Source of the DNA: a virus
Lineage: Duplodnaviria > Caudoviricetes
DNA length: 64,000 nucleotides
Reading direction: 5' to 3' (one strand)
IMG/VR virus record: IMGVR_UViG_3300035698_013504
Coordinates: 96,001-160,000 of that record
Part shown: one piece after another, positions 17,265-26,695 of the stretch
How the letters are laid out: the number at the start of each line of letters is the position of its first letter
Position numbering within the stretch: the first letter of the stretch is position 1
Made by a program: the position numbers and the translations under genes
The notes under the pieces: model-generated
Databases searched by the model: none
Told to the model about the DNA's origin: nothing
Seen by the model: only the letters and a program-made list of their open reading frames with translations

Positions 17265-17803
17265 TCTCCGCAACAGTCAAAGACTTAATCACGGCAGACG
17301 AGTACACGCTGCAGGACATACGGCAGGGGATGTCCATCTTCCATAATCACGATCACCTCATATTCCACCCGGGGTGTGAGGAGATCGAGTTGATGGCGGA
17401 TGACATCCTTGTCGTGTCTCTGCATCGTCTACTTCTCTATATGGGGTTCGGCGCTCAGCATGTGCGTTCAATCATTGAGCACTTCAAGGATCAGCTGATA
17501 GCTATAGGGCTAGCTGTGGGTGATATGCGGAAAGTGCCGGTGATGGCGTCCACGCTACAGATCATCGACTACCGGTGGGCAATACTGGATGGGGGCATCT
17601 GGAACTTCGTGGACTACGAGGTGTCGGCGCCGCCTGAGGTACCGTTGACGTCGATCGCTATTGGGCTGCCGGTTGCTGTATACCGGGCAGTTGGAAAGAC
17701 TGCAAAGCTTCTGGAGACCCGTTCAAAAGCGGAAGAGATGAGAGCTGATCGTGAACAAGACGGATCTGCTCCAGTACCCCAGCCTCCAGCTCCTGAAGAA
17801 TAG
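17261..17803 (+). CDS. hypothetical protein (180 aa)
   Basis: GTGA overlap with the upstream stop; natural amino-acid composition. Confidence 0.6.
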   Translation: MISATVKDLITADEYTLQDIRQGMSIFHNHDHLIFHPGCEEIELMADDILVVSLHRLLLYMGFGAQHVRSIIEHFKDQLIAIGLAVGDMRKVPVMASTLQIIDYRWAILDGGIWNFVDYEVSAPPEVPLTSIAIGLPVAVYRAVGKTAKLLETRSKAEEMRADREQDGSAPVPQPPAPEE

Positions 17804-18359
17804 ACGTCTGGTTGTCGAAGAAGGTGGCGTGCATGATCGGGTCGTCTGAGAAGTTGATGCCAGCCATATCCTCTTGAGTGTTGGGCCGCTCTACCAGATG
17901 CCGTAACAGTTTCGGCGTTCTCCAGATACCGTACTCCTCAAGCGCCAGCCCCACGAACTGCTTGATTTCATGCGAGAAGTCGTATCCCTGTTCGTCAGGC
18001 GGGTCAAGTAGTGTGGCCTCAGCAACGGCCCACATGATCTCCTCCGGCTCAGCAAGCTCCCACTTGTCAAAACTCGCCCCGTTACCGGACAGCGCGTTAC
18101 AGATGTGATTGAATGCCTCAAGGGAGTTGTAGAAGATGTCGGTGGTCAGGAGGGTCACGGCCGCCCAGATCTTGTCCCAGTTGCCCTTAGGTAACTCGGC
18201 CCCATAGTCTTCGGCCACCTGGATACGCAACGTGTCGGGTTCCCAGCTTAGGAACGCGGTGCCGTAACGATCCATGAGGATGGCCATCAAAGCGGTAGCG
18301 GTAGCTTTAGGGCTTTCGAGGACCTTGGCGAGTTGCGCCTTAGCGAGAGGGGTGGGCAT
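17658..18359 (-). CDS. hypothetical helical protein (233 aa), possibly head-assembly related
   Basis: Long ORF co-oriented with the 365-aa gene and terminase; the function is a guess. Confidence 0.6.
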   Translation of the reverse strand: MPTPLAKAQLAKVLESPKATATALMAILMDRYGTAFLSWEPDTLRIQVAEDYGAELPKGNWDKIWAAVTLLTTDIFYNSLEAFNHICNALSGNGASFDKWELAEPEEIMWAVAEATLLDPPDEQGYDFSHEIKQFVGLALEEYGIWRTPKLLRHLVERPNTQEDMAGINFSDDPIMHATFFDNQTSILQELEAGVLEQIRLVHDQLSSLPLLNGSPEALQSFQLPGIQQPAAQ

Positions 18360-18453
18360 GGTTTACACTTTATATCTGTGCGACAGCCGCCAAACCTAGC
18401 GTTTATTTTGTATTGTGTGTCTAGTTACGGCTGTCTCACAGAATTTCTTAGAG

Positions 18454-19551
18454 TTACGCAGTAGTCGTGTTATCCAGCGCCTGCTCAAACAGGTTCGCGT
18501 CGTCGCGGGGCAGTGTCGGCAGAATCTCTGCGAACTTCTCCGCATCCACAGACAAGCCGTCATCGGACAACACGGCGGACATGAAGTCTTCGCCCATTGC
18601 CTTTGCGATCTTGTCGAGCGGCAGCGCTTCAAGCGAATCTCTAGGCACCGTGGAGCCGGTTGTCAGCTGGATGGCCGCGCCAAGAACTGACGCAGCTTTT
18701 TCCTCAGTAACACTGAAGCAGATCTCTTCAGGCATATCGAGCCCGTCGAGGTAACTGTTGAAGAGGCCGGTCTCGCGGTCAACCGTATCCAAGATGAACG
18801 CGGCCGTCTTGAGCTGGTCATGCGACAGCGACTCGGCGTTACCGAGTTCGACAGCCATCTCAGCCAGCTTCTCGCGGAGATCGTTGTGTGTTTCGCCGAG
18901 CATAAGTACCCGACCCGCGAAACCCTCGGCAACGTCCTTAGGCATGGCCATGCCAAACCCGGCGGCCTTTTCAAGCCATTGGGCGACATCACTGACGACC
19001 GGGGTGACCTGCAGAGCATCCGAACGTTTGATCAGATTACGCGCGGCGTGCTGCCTGGCAACGAGGGGGAACTTGTGGGCCTGCATATGCAGCGACTCGA
19101 TCGACCTCAGGCACGCCTCCTTTGTGTGGGCGGGGAAGAGTCGACGTTTGCCGATGCCTGCGACTTCGTAAACGAGGCCGAACTGAGCGTCGGGGATGTC
19201 ACAAGGAGCCGAAATCTTCTCATGCTCAAGGCACAGCCGGTGGAACTCAGTGCCCATACCATGGTACGTGGCGCTCTTCTCAAGCTGGTCCCTGGTGTAA
19301 CGAGCCTCTTCATCCGGGAGCTTATGGCTCTCGTCAAGGAAGAAGGCCGTAGACAGCCACGTAGCTACTTTCGTGTGGCAAGGGAACTTCCGGGTGACCG
19401 GATATGCGAAGACTGTGGGCGCTACATCGTCAAGGTTGTCAAGCGGTTTATCGACAGCCTGCTTGACGAACGGAGGAACTTCGTGTACCTTTAGAAGTAG
19501 GTGACGTCGTTGTCCGTTCAAATCAGAGTACTGGTCCGCGATAGGATTCAT
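18454..19551 (-). CDS. hypothetical protein (365 aa) with an internal repeat (RKFPCHTK / RLFPAHTK)
   Basis: Long ORF; duplicated FPxHTK motif. Confidence 0.65.
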   Translation of the reverse strand: MNPIADQYSDLNGQRRHLLLKVHEVPPFVKQAVDKPLDNLDDVAPTVFAYPVTRKFPCHTKVATWLSTAFFLDESHKLPDEEARYTRDQLEKSATYHGMGTEFHRLCLEHEKISAPCDIPDAQFGLVYEVAGIGKRRLFPAHTKEACLRSIESLHMQAHKFPLVARQHAARNLIKRSDALQVTPVVSDVAQWLEKAAGFGMAMPKDVAEGFAGRVLMLGETHNDLREKLAEMAVELGNAESLSHDQLKTAAFILDTVDRETGLFNSYLDGLDMPEEICFSVTEEKAASVLGAAIQLTTGSTVPRDSLEALPLDKIAKAMGEDFMSAVLSDDGLSVDAEKFAEILPTLPRDDANLFEQALDNTTTA

Positions 19552-19552
19552 A

Positions 19553-22300
19553 ATGCAGTCCTCAGTTCAAAACTTGAATTCACTCATCTCAGCTAAGTCC
19601 ATCTTACAGGCCTTAGATGAGCGGGTCAAGACCTCTACCGCAGGTTTTCCGTTTGCGGCGGACTGCCCCTTCTGCGACGACAGCGAGAAATCCCTCCGTA
19701 TTTTTCAAGATCCGCTCGACGGTCTAGGGTCCGAACACGGACCTTGGGTATTCTGTAGGGCGTGCGATTACGCCTCCGACGGTATTGGTTTCTTCCAGAA
19801 GTACCGAGATACGCAGGGTATTGTGCGTCTTATGGGTGTTTTGCAGACTGAGGGTTTGGTTTCATTGCCCGGCTCCATCATCGACCCCGTAACGATATCG
19901 TACTACCAGCGCGTACAAGCAATCAGCCGCATGCAGCCCATGGTACTGTGGGAAAATGCAAAACAAGAATATGCGAAAGGCGTGCAGCCGGAGTGGCACG
20001 AGTTACTGTTTGACAAGAAGTTGTGGGGCTCAGTAGGCGCAAGACAGTGGCGCGGACGCATGGACCGATACATCGGAATGATGACCCGCGACGACATCCT
20101 GAAGTATATCCCGGATGCAATGCTACCTCAGAAGGGCATGAGGCACGCGCTTGTTATACCCTACTACGATCTGCCGGGGCGCATACGTTCTATCCTGTTT
20201 GCGTCTAAGAACCAGGAGTACAGGTACTATGTCGATGAGCCTGAACTAGAGACACACGATGCCGGACTGGCGTGGATCAACTACCTCGACCAGGAACGTG
20301 TAGTCTACGCCTTTGACAACCCGTGGCTTGGTCTGCAGATGCAGCGTAAGCATTTCTTCGCAACGCATAGCCCAATGCCAATCGTCGTATGGGACAAGAC
20401 GACTACCGGAGCATGGTTATCGCTCAACGCACAGCAGGTTATCTTCTGGGCGCCAACGCCGACCGTCGACACCTTCATCCAGGCACGCCTAGCACCGAAC
20501 TCAAAGATCGCAATGAAGCCCAGCCCGGTTGCGCGAGAGATGGATGACTTCCTAAGCAGGCGACCAGCAACAGAGTTCTTGCGAATCATGGACAAGTTTG
20601 CATCTCCATGGGAGCGTGTATTCAAGTCCTGGTTCCTCAAGCTACCTGAAAACCGTTGCGCGATGGTGTTGGAGCAGATGGAGCTAACACCCGCGGAGAC
20701 AGAGCGCATACTTCAGGACTGCGCCCGACACGAAACGCGCGAGATGAAGCTGCGGCTTGGGTACACCAAAGAGGCGCGTATCGCCAACTGGTCGACCTCC
20801 AAGATTAGATCAGAAGCCGCAGGCTGGTTCAACACGAACAAGGGGCGCAAGACTTTCCAGATTACGAGTTTCCACCTCGAGATACGTAAGACCGTTCACC
20901 ACAAGCCCACTGGTAAGCATTACGTTGTTGGTACTCTCCAGACACACGGGTGCGCCGACATGGTGTTTACAGCTGAGCACGACGAGTTCGCTGAAGCCCC
21001 CGGGCAATGGATAACCCGGTTCATGATGGACAAGGGGCAACCCAAGCCGTTCATCTTACGCGGGTGGGAAAACAAGCTGATGAATATTGCTCAGGCGTTC
21101 CACTCTCCAACGAGTGAATCGTCTGACGGTAAGATTGGCTGGCAGCAGGGCACAGGCTCTTTTGTGTTCCCGTCGTTCTCGTACCAGAATGGAAAGACGA
21201 TACGGGGCCGGTCACTATTCCTCATTCAGCCCGACGAGGACTTGCCGTTCCGCGGGCTATACCCGCCGCGCATTGCACTTACTCCGGAGATCGCCAACTC
21301 CTGGGCAGCTACAACGTCCAGCACCGCGGTGTTCCTCGCGACGGCCGCCACAGTGATGGCAAACATGCTCGCCCCTGTCTTCGAGCAGCCGTACACACCT
21401 GTTGGGTTCGTTGGCACCGAGAATGACGCCAGCAGCTATGTCGGTCGGATGACTGTAGACGCGCTGCGCCTCGTGAGGGTCGGGAACGACATCCTGGCTA
21501 ACCGAACTAGAGGGGCTGTGCGTGACGCGCTCATGCTAAAGACAGAAGAACACACCGTACCCTACTTCTTCGACAAGGACGTGCTCGGGGAGAAGGGTCT
21601 TGCGCTATGGGCCACCGACGTGACACGGCCGATCATCGCAAGGCTCAGCCTGCTAGACCAGTATGCTGTAGCTACCTGCGGGACCTGGATGTTTATCAGA
21701 GCGCCCGGCGTGGCAACCAGAGCCAACAAGATTCTGAACATGCCCGCGATACTCAGGTACCTCAGATGGATACAGTCAAAGAACTACGAGCTTGAGGTAA
21801 CAGGCATCTATCAGATCGACGTGCTGAAGAGTATGCGTGAATGGCTGGAGTCAGAATACCCGGACATCTCGTTTGCTGGCGCCTTCGACGAAGCTGAAGC
21901 GTCTATGAGTTACCTCTCTGTTGCGCCGGATATGTACTCGATAAGCGAGCGGATGCTGTTGTTGGTCTGCGAGTTGTACCGACGCGACGAGATCAAAAAG
22001 ATCAACGTACCGTTCTATGAGGCGTACAAGAAGGGCACACTACCGGCGATGAAGAAGGCAACGGTACTCGTTGATAACGACAGCCAGGTAGTCTACATAT
22101 CCAGAAGAAGGTTGTTGCAAAGATTGCAACGACTGGGGCTGCCTCATCCTAACCTGTCAGACGTGGCACAGTCATTCATTAAGAGTGGCGCCCTCCTTGA
22201 GGACATCGAGGATGCTGATAACGGCTCAGGGTGGGTGATCAAGCGTAAGACTTTCGAGAGGGTCTCGAAGGCCTGGAAAGATGCAAGTAGCGCTGTTTAG
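19553..22300 (+). CDS. large primase-like protein (CxxC..CxxC Zn-binding domain, degenerate TOPRIM, DUF927-like C-terminus), probably catalytically inactive
   Basis: ADCPFCDD...FCRACD; LVIPYYDLPGRIRSI; KIGWQQGTGSFVFP; no clear EG or DxD motif. Confidence 0.5.
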   Translation: MQSSVQNLNSLISAKSILQALDERVKTSTAGFPFAADCPFCDDSEKSLRIFQDPLDGLGSEHGPWVFCRACDYASDGIGFFQKYRDTQGIVRLMGVLQTEGLVSLPGSIIDPVTISYYQRVQAISRMQPMVLWENAKQEYAKGVQPEWHELLFDKKLWGSVGARQWRGRMDRYIGMMTRDDILKYIPDAMLPQKGMRHALVIPYYDLPGRIRSILFASKNQEYRYYVDEPELETHDAGLAWINYLDQERVVYAFDNPWLGLQMQRKHFFATHSPMPIVVWDKTTTGAWLSLNAQQVIFWAPTPTVDTFIQARLAPNSKIAMKPSPVAREMDDFLSRRPATEFLRIMDKFASPWERVFKSWFLKLPENRCAMVLEQMELTPAETERILQDCARHETREMKLRLGYTKEARIANWSTSKIRSEAAGWFNTNKGRKTFQITSFHLEIRKTVHHKPTGKHYVVGTLQTHGCADMVFTAEHDEFAEAPGQWITRFMMDKGQPKPFILRGWENKLMNIAQAFHSPTSESSDGKIGWQQGTGSFVFPSFSYQNGKTIRGRSLFLIQPDEDLPFRGLYPPRIALTPEIANSWAATTSSTAVFLATAATVMANMLAPVFEQPYTPVGFVGTENDASSYVGRMTVDALRLVRVGNDILANRTRGAVRDALMLKTEEHTVPYFFDKDVLGEKGLALWATDVTRPIIARLSLLDQYAVATCGTWMFIRAPGVATRANKILNMPAILRYLRWIQSKNYELEVTGIYQIDVLKSMREWLESEYPDISFAGAFDEAEASMSYLSVAPDMYSISERMLLLVCELYRRDEIKKINVPFYEAYKKGTLPAMKKATVLVDNDSQVVYISRRRLLQRLQRLGLPHPNLSDVAQSFIKSGALLEDIEDADNGSGWVIKRKTFERVSKAWKDASSAV

Positions 22301-22339
22301 TATTCCCCCCTATCTACGTACTAACCGAGGAGAAAATCT

Positions 22340-22780
22340 ATGCCGCCCGAATGTGATTTGTTCCGATATGAACCAGAACCTTTTGAGGTGTGCCCCAAGT
22401 GCGGGTCCGCCCCATTTCAATCAGTTAAGCGCGGATGGATCCAAAGGCCCAAACGCTTTCTATGGATCTTGTGGAAGCAGCCGTACTGCGCTATTGTCTG
22501 TTCTATCTGCGGTTGTCTAATTGGGCACGAGTACCCGCCGGAACCCAAAGACGACGATCAAACGTTCGCTAAGATTACACTCCCCAAGTTCAAACCAGGC
22601 GTACCGATGCCCGCCGTAGATCCTGCAGATGTATGTAACCTGGACGACCCGTCTTCCGCTATCTTCGCGGAAACTGTAAAGATGGTAAACGATATGGGCA
22701 TCTCCGTACAGATAGGTGACAAGGTGGTCACCCCGGGGACAGCCGCGGATGAGGTGCTTAAAGCTATCCGTAAGGACTAA
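22340..22780 (+). CDS. Zn-ribbon hypothetical protein (146 aa)
   Basis: CPKCG...CSICG; SD gaggag. Confidence 0.65.
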   Translation: MPPECDLFRYEPEPFEVCPKCGSAPFQSVKRGWIQRPKRFLWILWKQPYCAIVCSICGCLIGHEYPPEPKDDDQTFAKITLPKFKPGVPMPAVDPADVCNLDDPSSAIFAETVKMVNDMGISVQIGDKVVTPGTAADEVLKAIRKD

Positions 22781-24567
22781 GTGAACGTAGGATGTCTCGG
22801 GGCAACGAAGTCGCGCTGTTCTGGCGTGAGCTTCATATCGAACTGCTTGGCCAGGTCAGGCCACTTGCGTGTCTGATGCCAGATGGTAACCGCGGCGAAG
22901 TTGACTGAGTGACAAAGGTCATCCTTCATCTTCGGGTTACGGGTAATCAGGAACACGTCGGCGCCCTTTGCCATCTCGTGCTTGTCTTCGATGAGCGCGA
23001 GGAAGTCACTGACCAGGTCCTTCATAGAGTCGTATTCGGGGAACGTGATACCGGCCGTCTTGATCATTGCAGTCGTGAGGATCAACGATCGGGTCTTGTC
23101 CAAACTCCAGAAGTGCCGCGACGATGTCTTAGACGGCGGGTTATGCGTCAGCACGTTCTTTGTCGTCGCACGGACGTAGAGCATCGGAACGATGCGGTCC
23201 ATAGGCAGCCCGGCGTGGATGAGCAGCGCCTCTTTGATTTCGCCCGACCCGCCATAGTCATGCGCGATATACTGACACTGGAAAGCCTTAAAGTCCATGA
23301 GGATCTTAGCGGCCTCTTCATCGTGACTCAGTGAGGCGTAAAGACGCTCAGAGTATATGACTTCCAGTTTACCCGCGGGGGTGAGGCCCATAATGCATAT
23401 TGTCGTAAACGATATCTCAGAGGCGCCACCGCCACCCCAGTCAACACCCATTACGCGGAGTGTATAGTTACCTACATGCTTGAGAGCCTCGTTGCGTTCG
23501 TTCTTCCAGTCGAGGCAGCACGCACGCTGGAGGTCCGTAAGCGTAATGAGCTTGACCCCGACGTCAGAGCTCTCCCCCAAAATCTCGTTCATGAACGCGG
23601 CCTGTGTTGTCTGGAACCCGTCCATGGCCGCAACGATCTTCTGCCACTTAGCCTCAACGCCGTAATGCATTGGCATGATGATCTGCGGAATATGATACCC
23701 AGCGAATAACCAGCGGCGGTCGGGGTACCTGTGCCACCACTTACCAAGACGCGGGTTTACCGGTTTGCTGCACTTTCCACAGACGATGCCCTTCCGCCCA
23801 ATCATCTTGATGATGTCGTGATCAACGGACGGGATGTTGATGTGGCGACAGCTGTCGCACCGAATAGCCCACTCTGCCTGGGAACAGTCTTCCCACAGAG
23901 CCTGAATCGTATTGTCCAACGTCTTCGGGGTACCGCTGTACTGTTGCAGCGACCACTTCGAAGCATCCAAACAAGAACGGAGGATAGGAATGAAATCATA
24001 GTCAAGGTCTTGAACTTCATCGTAGACAGCCTTGTCTGCGGAGATACCACGAGCACGGTCTACGTCTAGGAGCGCAAATGTGAAGAACATTCGTGCCCCA
24101 TTCTTCATGGTTTTCTGAAGTACAGAATTCTCGCAACTGCTGTTAATCATCATGTTTGCGATAGGTGAGTGCTCAATAAAGGGCCTCACGTAGTTACTAG
24201 AGAACTTTCGAATCTGCTCGTAGCGAGGTGTTACGAACATGGTTTGGAAGTATGGTGAAGTCAACGACTGCAAGACATTCTGCGCTGCGAGCGTAGTCGA
24301 TTTCGATACCTGGCGCCCACACTTCAGCAGCAGCTGTTGTGGAACGTCAAGGTTGAACATCGGCTCCATCGGAAAGTGTTCCATCAAAGTGTAGGGCTCC
24401 CCCTTCAACGCCAGAAGTGGTAGAATGGGAACCAGAGTTCGCACCGGCCTAATGGCCTGATGCTCCACGAAAGACTGGATAACGTCTACCTGAGTTGGCT
24501 TAAAATCCTTTTTGCCGCTGACCCACGCGCCAATGGCTTGCTGGGTCTCTTTAAGTATGGAGGACAA
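22777..24567 (-). CDS. terL: terminase large subunit, GpA-like
   Basis: LLKCGRQVSKST (Walker A region), GISADKAVYDEVQD (Walker B), SGTPKT coupling motif, CxxC..CxxC Zn ribbon, MGVDWG nuclease motif; exact start uncertain. Confidence 0.85.
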   Translation of the reverse strand: MSSILKETQQAIGAWVSGKKDFKPTQVDVIQSFVEHQAIRPVRTLVPILPLLALKGEPYTLMEHFPMEPMFNLDVPQQLLLKCGRQVSKSTTLAAQNVLQSLTSPYFQTMFVTPRYEQIRKFSSNYVRPFIEHSPIANMMINSSCENSVLQKTMKNGARMFFTFALLDVDRARGISADKAVYDEVQDLDYDFIPILRSCLDASKWSLQQYSGTPKTLDNTIQALWEDCSQAEWAIRCDSCRHINIPSVDHDIIKMIGRKGIVCGKCSKPVNPRLGKWWHRYPDRRWLFAGYHIPQIIMPMHYGVEAKWQKIVAAMDGFQTTQAAFMNEILGESSDVGVKLITLTDLQRACCLDWKNERNEALKHVGNYTLRVMGVDWGGGGASEISFTTICIMGLTPAGKLEVIYSERLYASLSHDEEAAKILMDFKAFQCQYIAHDYGGSGEIKEALLIHAGLPMDRIVPMLYVRATTKNVLTHNPPSKTSSRHFWSLDKTRSLILTTAMIKTAGITFPEYDSMKDLVSDFLALIEDKHEMAKGADVFLITRNPKMKDDLCHSVNFAAVTIWHQTRKWPDLAKQFDMKLTPEQRDFVAPRHPTFT

Positions 24568-24569
24568 GT

Positions 24570-24668
24570 ATGGCTTCTCCCAATGATCCCTTCACTCTGA
24601 TAGCAGAGTTGATCGAGGACATCGTTTCTTCGGCGTTCACTATCGTCGCCGGAATATTCCGCCTGTAA
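24570..24668 (+). CDS. small amphipathic peptide (32 aa, MASPNDPFTLIAELIEDIVSSAFTIVAGIFRL)
   Basis: SD ggagg 6-8 nt upstream of ATG; not in the ORF track. Confidence 0.45.
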   Translation: MASPNDPFTLIAELIEDIVSSAFTIVAGIFRL

Positions 24669-24736
24669 CGGCGGCGCAACTGTTGTTCATTGTACAAGCA
24701 GCCCGGTTGCTGAGTCAACGACAAACCTAGGAGACA

Positions 24737-24940
24737 GTGACAGTGAAAACGAAATCATCCAGATCGTTACTTGAAGGTATGGGCCGTGTTGACCCCCGTC
24801 GGACCGTCCCAACTTACAAGATGAACTATCTACACTCCCATCGAAGACCAGTGACAGTGACCCCCTCAGCACTCGGGCAAGACACCGTCGAATCGCGTAC
24901 CATTACCGTTGAACAGGAGGCTAGGATACCATTTGAATGA
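24737..24940 (+). CDS. hypothetical protein (67 aa)
   Basis: GTG start after aggag. Confidence 0.4.
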   Translation: MTVKTKSSRSLLEGMGRVDPRRTVPTYKMNYLHSHRRPVTVTPSALGQDTVESRTITVEQEARIPFE

Positions 24941-25088
24941 TATATTCTCAGTAGGCGCCATAGCCGGTTGCTTAGGTGTGATCGTATTTGGCGTATGCAC
25001 AGGCGACGGCTTAGTCATTGTAGCGGGCCTTGGCGGTCTTTATATCTTCGCCAAGGCTCAGTCTATGTCGGGGCCAAAAGGCCCTTAA
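24933..25088 (+). CDS. small two-TM membrane protein (51 aa)
   Basis: TTG start after aggagg/agga; sequence ..FSVGAIAGCLGVIVFGVCTGDGLVIVAGLGGLYIFAK.. Confidence 0.5.
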   Translation: MNDIFSVGAIAGCLGVIVFGVCTGDGLVIVAGLGGLYIFAKAQSMSGPKGP

Positions 25089-25098
25089 AGGAGCAGGC

Positions 25099-25476
25099 AT
25101 GAGTGAAATTGAAGACAGCGTAAATGAAACAAAGCCCAGTCCGTACGCCGTCGTCCTCGATCAGATCAGGGACGCGGTCAAGGCTATACTCGACACACAG
25201 CCAGCCATCAGGTCTGTCGCGATTGTTATCGACTGGGCAGTCCCAGCAGGCGTGACCGAAGCGTCGCCGCCGTCCGGAGCGTGGATCGTACAGCCGCAAA
25301 AGATCTCCCCTGTGGACATCATTGAAGTATCAGCTAAGATCGCGGAGTTTCAAGCTGGATTTTGTCTGCGTGGCGCGACAATGTTCAGACAGGCATCACC
25401 GACACAACCTATAGGGAACGAAACCGATGGCCAAGAGCAAACTGACGCAAGCGTGGGAGAGCCCGACCAGATTTAG
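25099..25476 (+). CDS. hypothetical protein
   Basis: Start reassigned to ATG 25099 (SD aaggag). Confidence 0.6.
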   Translation: MSEIEDSVNETKPSPYAVVLDQIRDAVKAILDTQPAIRSVAIVIDWAVPAGVTEASPPSGAWIVQPQKISPVDIIEVSAKIAEFQAGFCLRGATMFRQASPTQPIGNETDGQEQTDASVGEPDQI

Positions 25477-26695
25477 TCTGGCCGAAGTACACCAGATCCT
25501 AGCAGCGGAGCTGAGAGATGTCCCAGGAATCGACGACCAACACCCCGACCTGGGGAAAGTCGTGCTTATACTCGGTAGCCACGGAGTGGGCAAAAGCCGA
25601 ATTGTGGAAGAAGCTTGTGAGACAGCGGGCGCAGAATTTGGGGTCTGGCATGTTGGCGCAACGGTCTTTGAAGACAACGTCGGGCTCCAAGAAATAGTAG
25701 GGCCGGAGGTTGCTAGCGCTGAAGGCGCCCCGAGTACTGTACGGGGCACGGTTCACCGGGCCTCAGAGGGTATCCCCGGATTTAGTCGGCAACCTATTTC
25801 TCCCTCAGGACGTGGATGTATCTTCCACGACGAAGTATTTTCCGGTAGCGTTGAACACCAAGACCAGCTACGCTCAATCATCAGTGGCCAACTTGGCGAG
25901 TTGAGGCTGCGCCCAGGCTGGGTCCAAGTTGCTGCAACCAACCCCGAGACCGCAGAATACATCACCGTTAAGTCTGTCGATGAGGCGTTGATGTCGAGAT
26001 TCATCATCCTCCCGGTAGAGCCCACAGCAGACGAGAAGCTCATGTATTGGAAGCAGAACGGCACGCTCCCAGACAGGCTGTTTCAATTCCTCTACCTGAA
26101 CCAATCACTTATCAACGCAACGGACTCGCGAGCATGGGCCAACATTGGACACTCGCTACGTAAATGGGCTGCGGCCGGGATTGGCGCGGATCTGATCACC
26201 AACCTGTTTGAAATCAACATTAGTACCGCTGTCGCCGCCTCGTTTAACACGTTTATGGCTCTGGGCACCAACCCAGACCTGTATCCTATCTCGTCAGAGC
26301 AGTTTCTAGGGGCTACAACGGCCCAGCACCGTACACACCTCCGTAGGGTGGGTACATGGCTTAGTAAGGGCAAGACGGCGCTTATAGGAGCTACCAGCTT
26401 CGAATTAAGAGCGATCTTGTCCGCGCGTAGAGATATTCAGGAGCTCCGCGGCATTATTACGCCCACAGCCCGTGAATATATCTTCGATTTCATGGAGGCG
26501 ATCGCCGATACCCATATGGATATGGTCGACGACCTCATTAACTCAGTTCAGAGTGGGCCACTTCAAAACGACATGCTGGATTACCTTGCCGCGGAGAAGC
26601 CAGGCCTACATGAGAAGATGATTCAAGCAGCAGGAGAATACGATGAGTGGGTCAACAGACGCCAACGCGCTCAGCAAACCGCAGCCGTCGGGTAG
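25427..26695 (+). CDS. MoxR/dynein-related AAA+ ATPase
   Basis: LILGSHGVGKS (Walker A), IFHDEV (Walker B), VAATNP (sensor 1), DEALMSRF (Arg finger). Confidence 0.85.
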   Translation: MAKSKLTQAWESPTRFSLAEVHQILAAELRDVPGIDDQHPDLGKVVLILGSHGVGKSRIVEEACETAGAEFGVWHVGATVFEDNVGLQEIVGPEVASAEGAPSTVRGTVHRASEGIPGFSRQPISPSGRGCIFHDEVFSGSVEHQDQLRSIISGQLGELRLRPGWVQVAATNPETAEYITVKSVDEALMSRFIILPVEPTADEKLMYWKQNGTLPDRLFQFLYLNQSLINATDSRAWANIGHSLRKWAAAGIGADLITNLFEINISTAVAASFNTFMALGTNPDLYPISSEQFLGATTAQHRTHLRRVGTWLSKGKTALIGATSFELRAILSARRDIQELRGIITPTAREYIFDFMEAIADTHMDMVDDLINSVQSGPLQNDMLDYLAAEKPGLHEKMIQAAGEYDEWVNRRQRAQQTAAVG

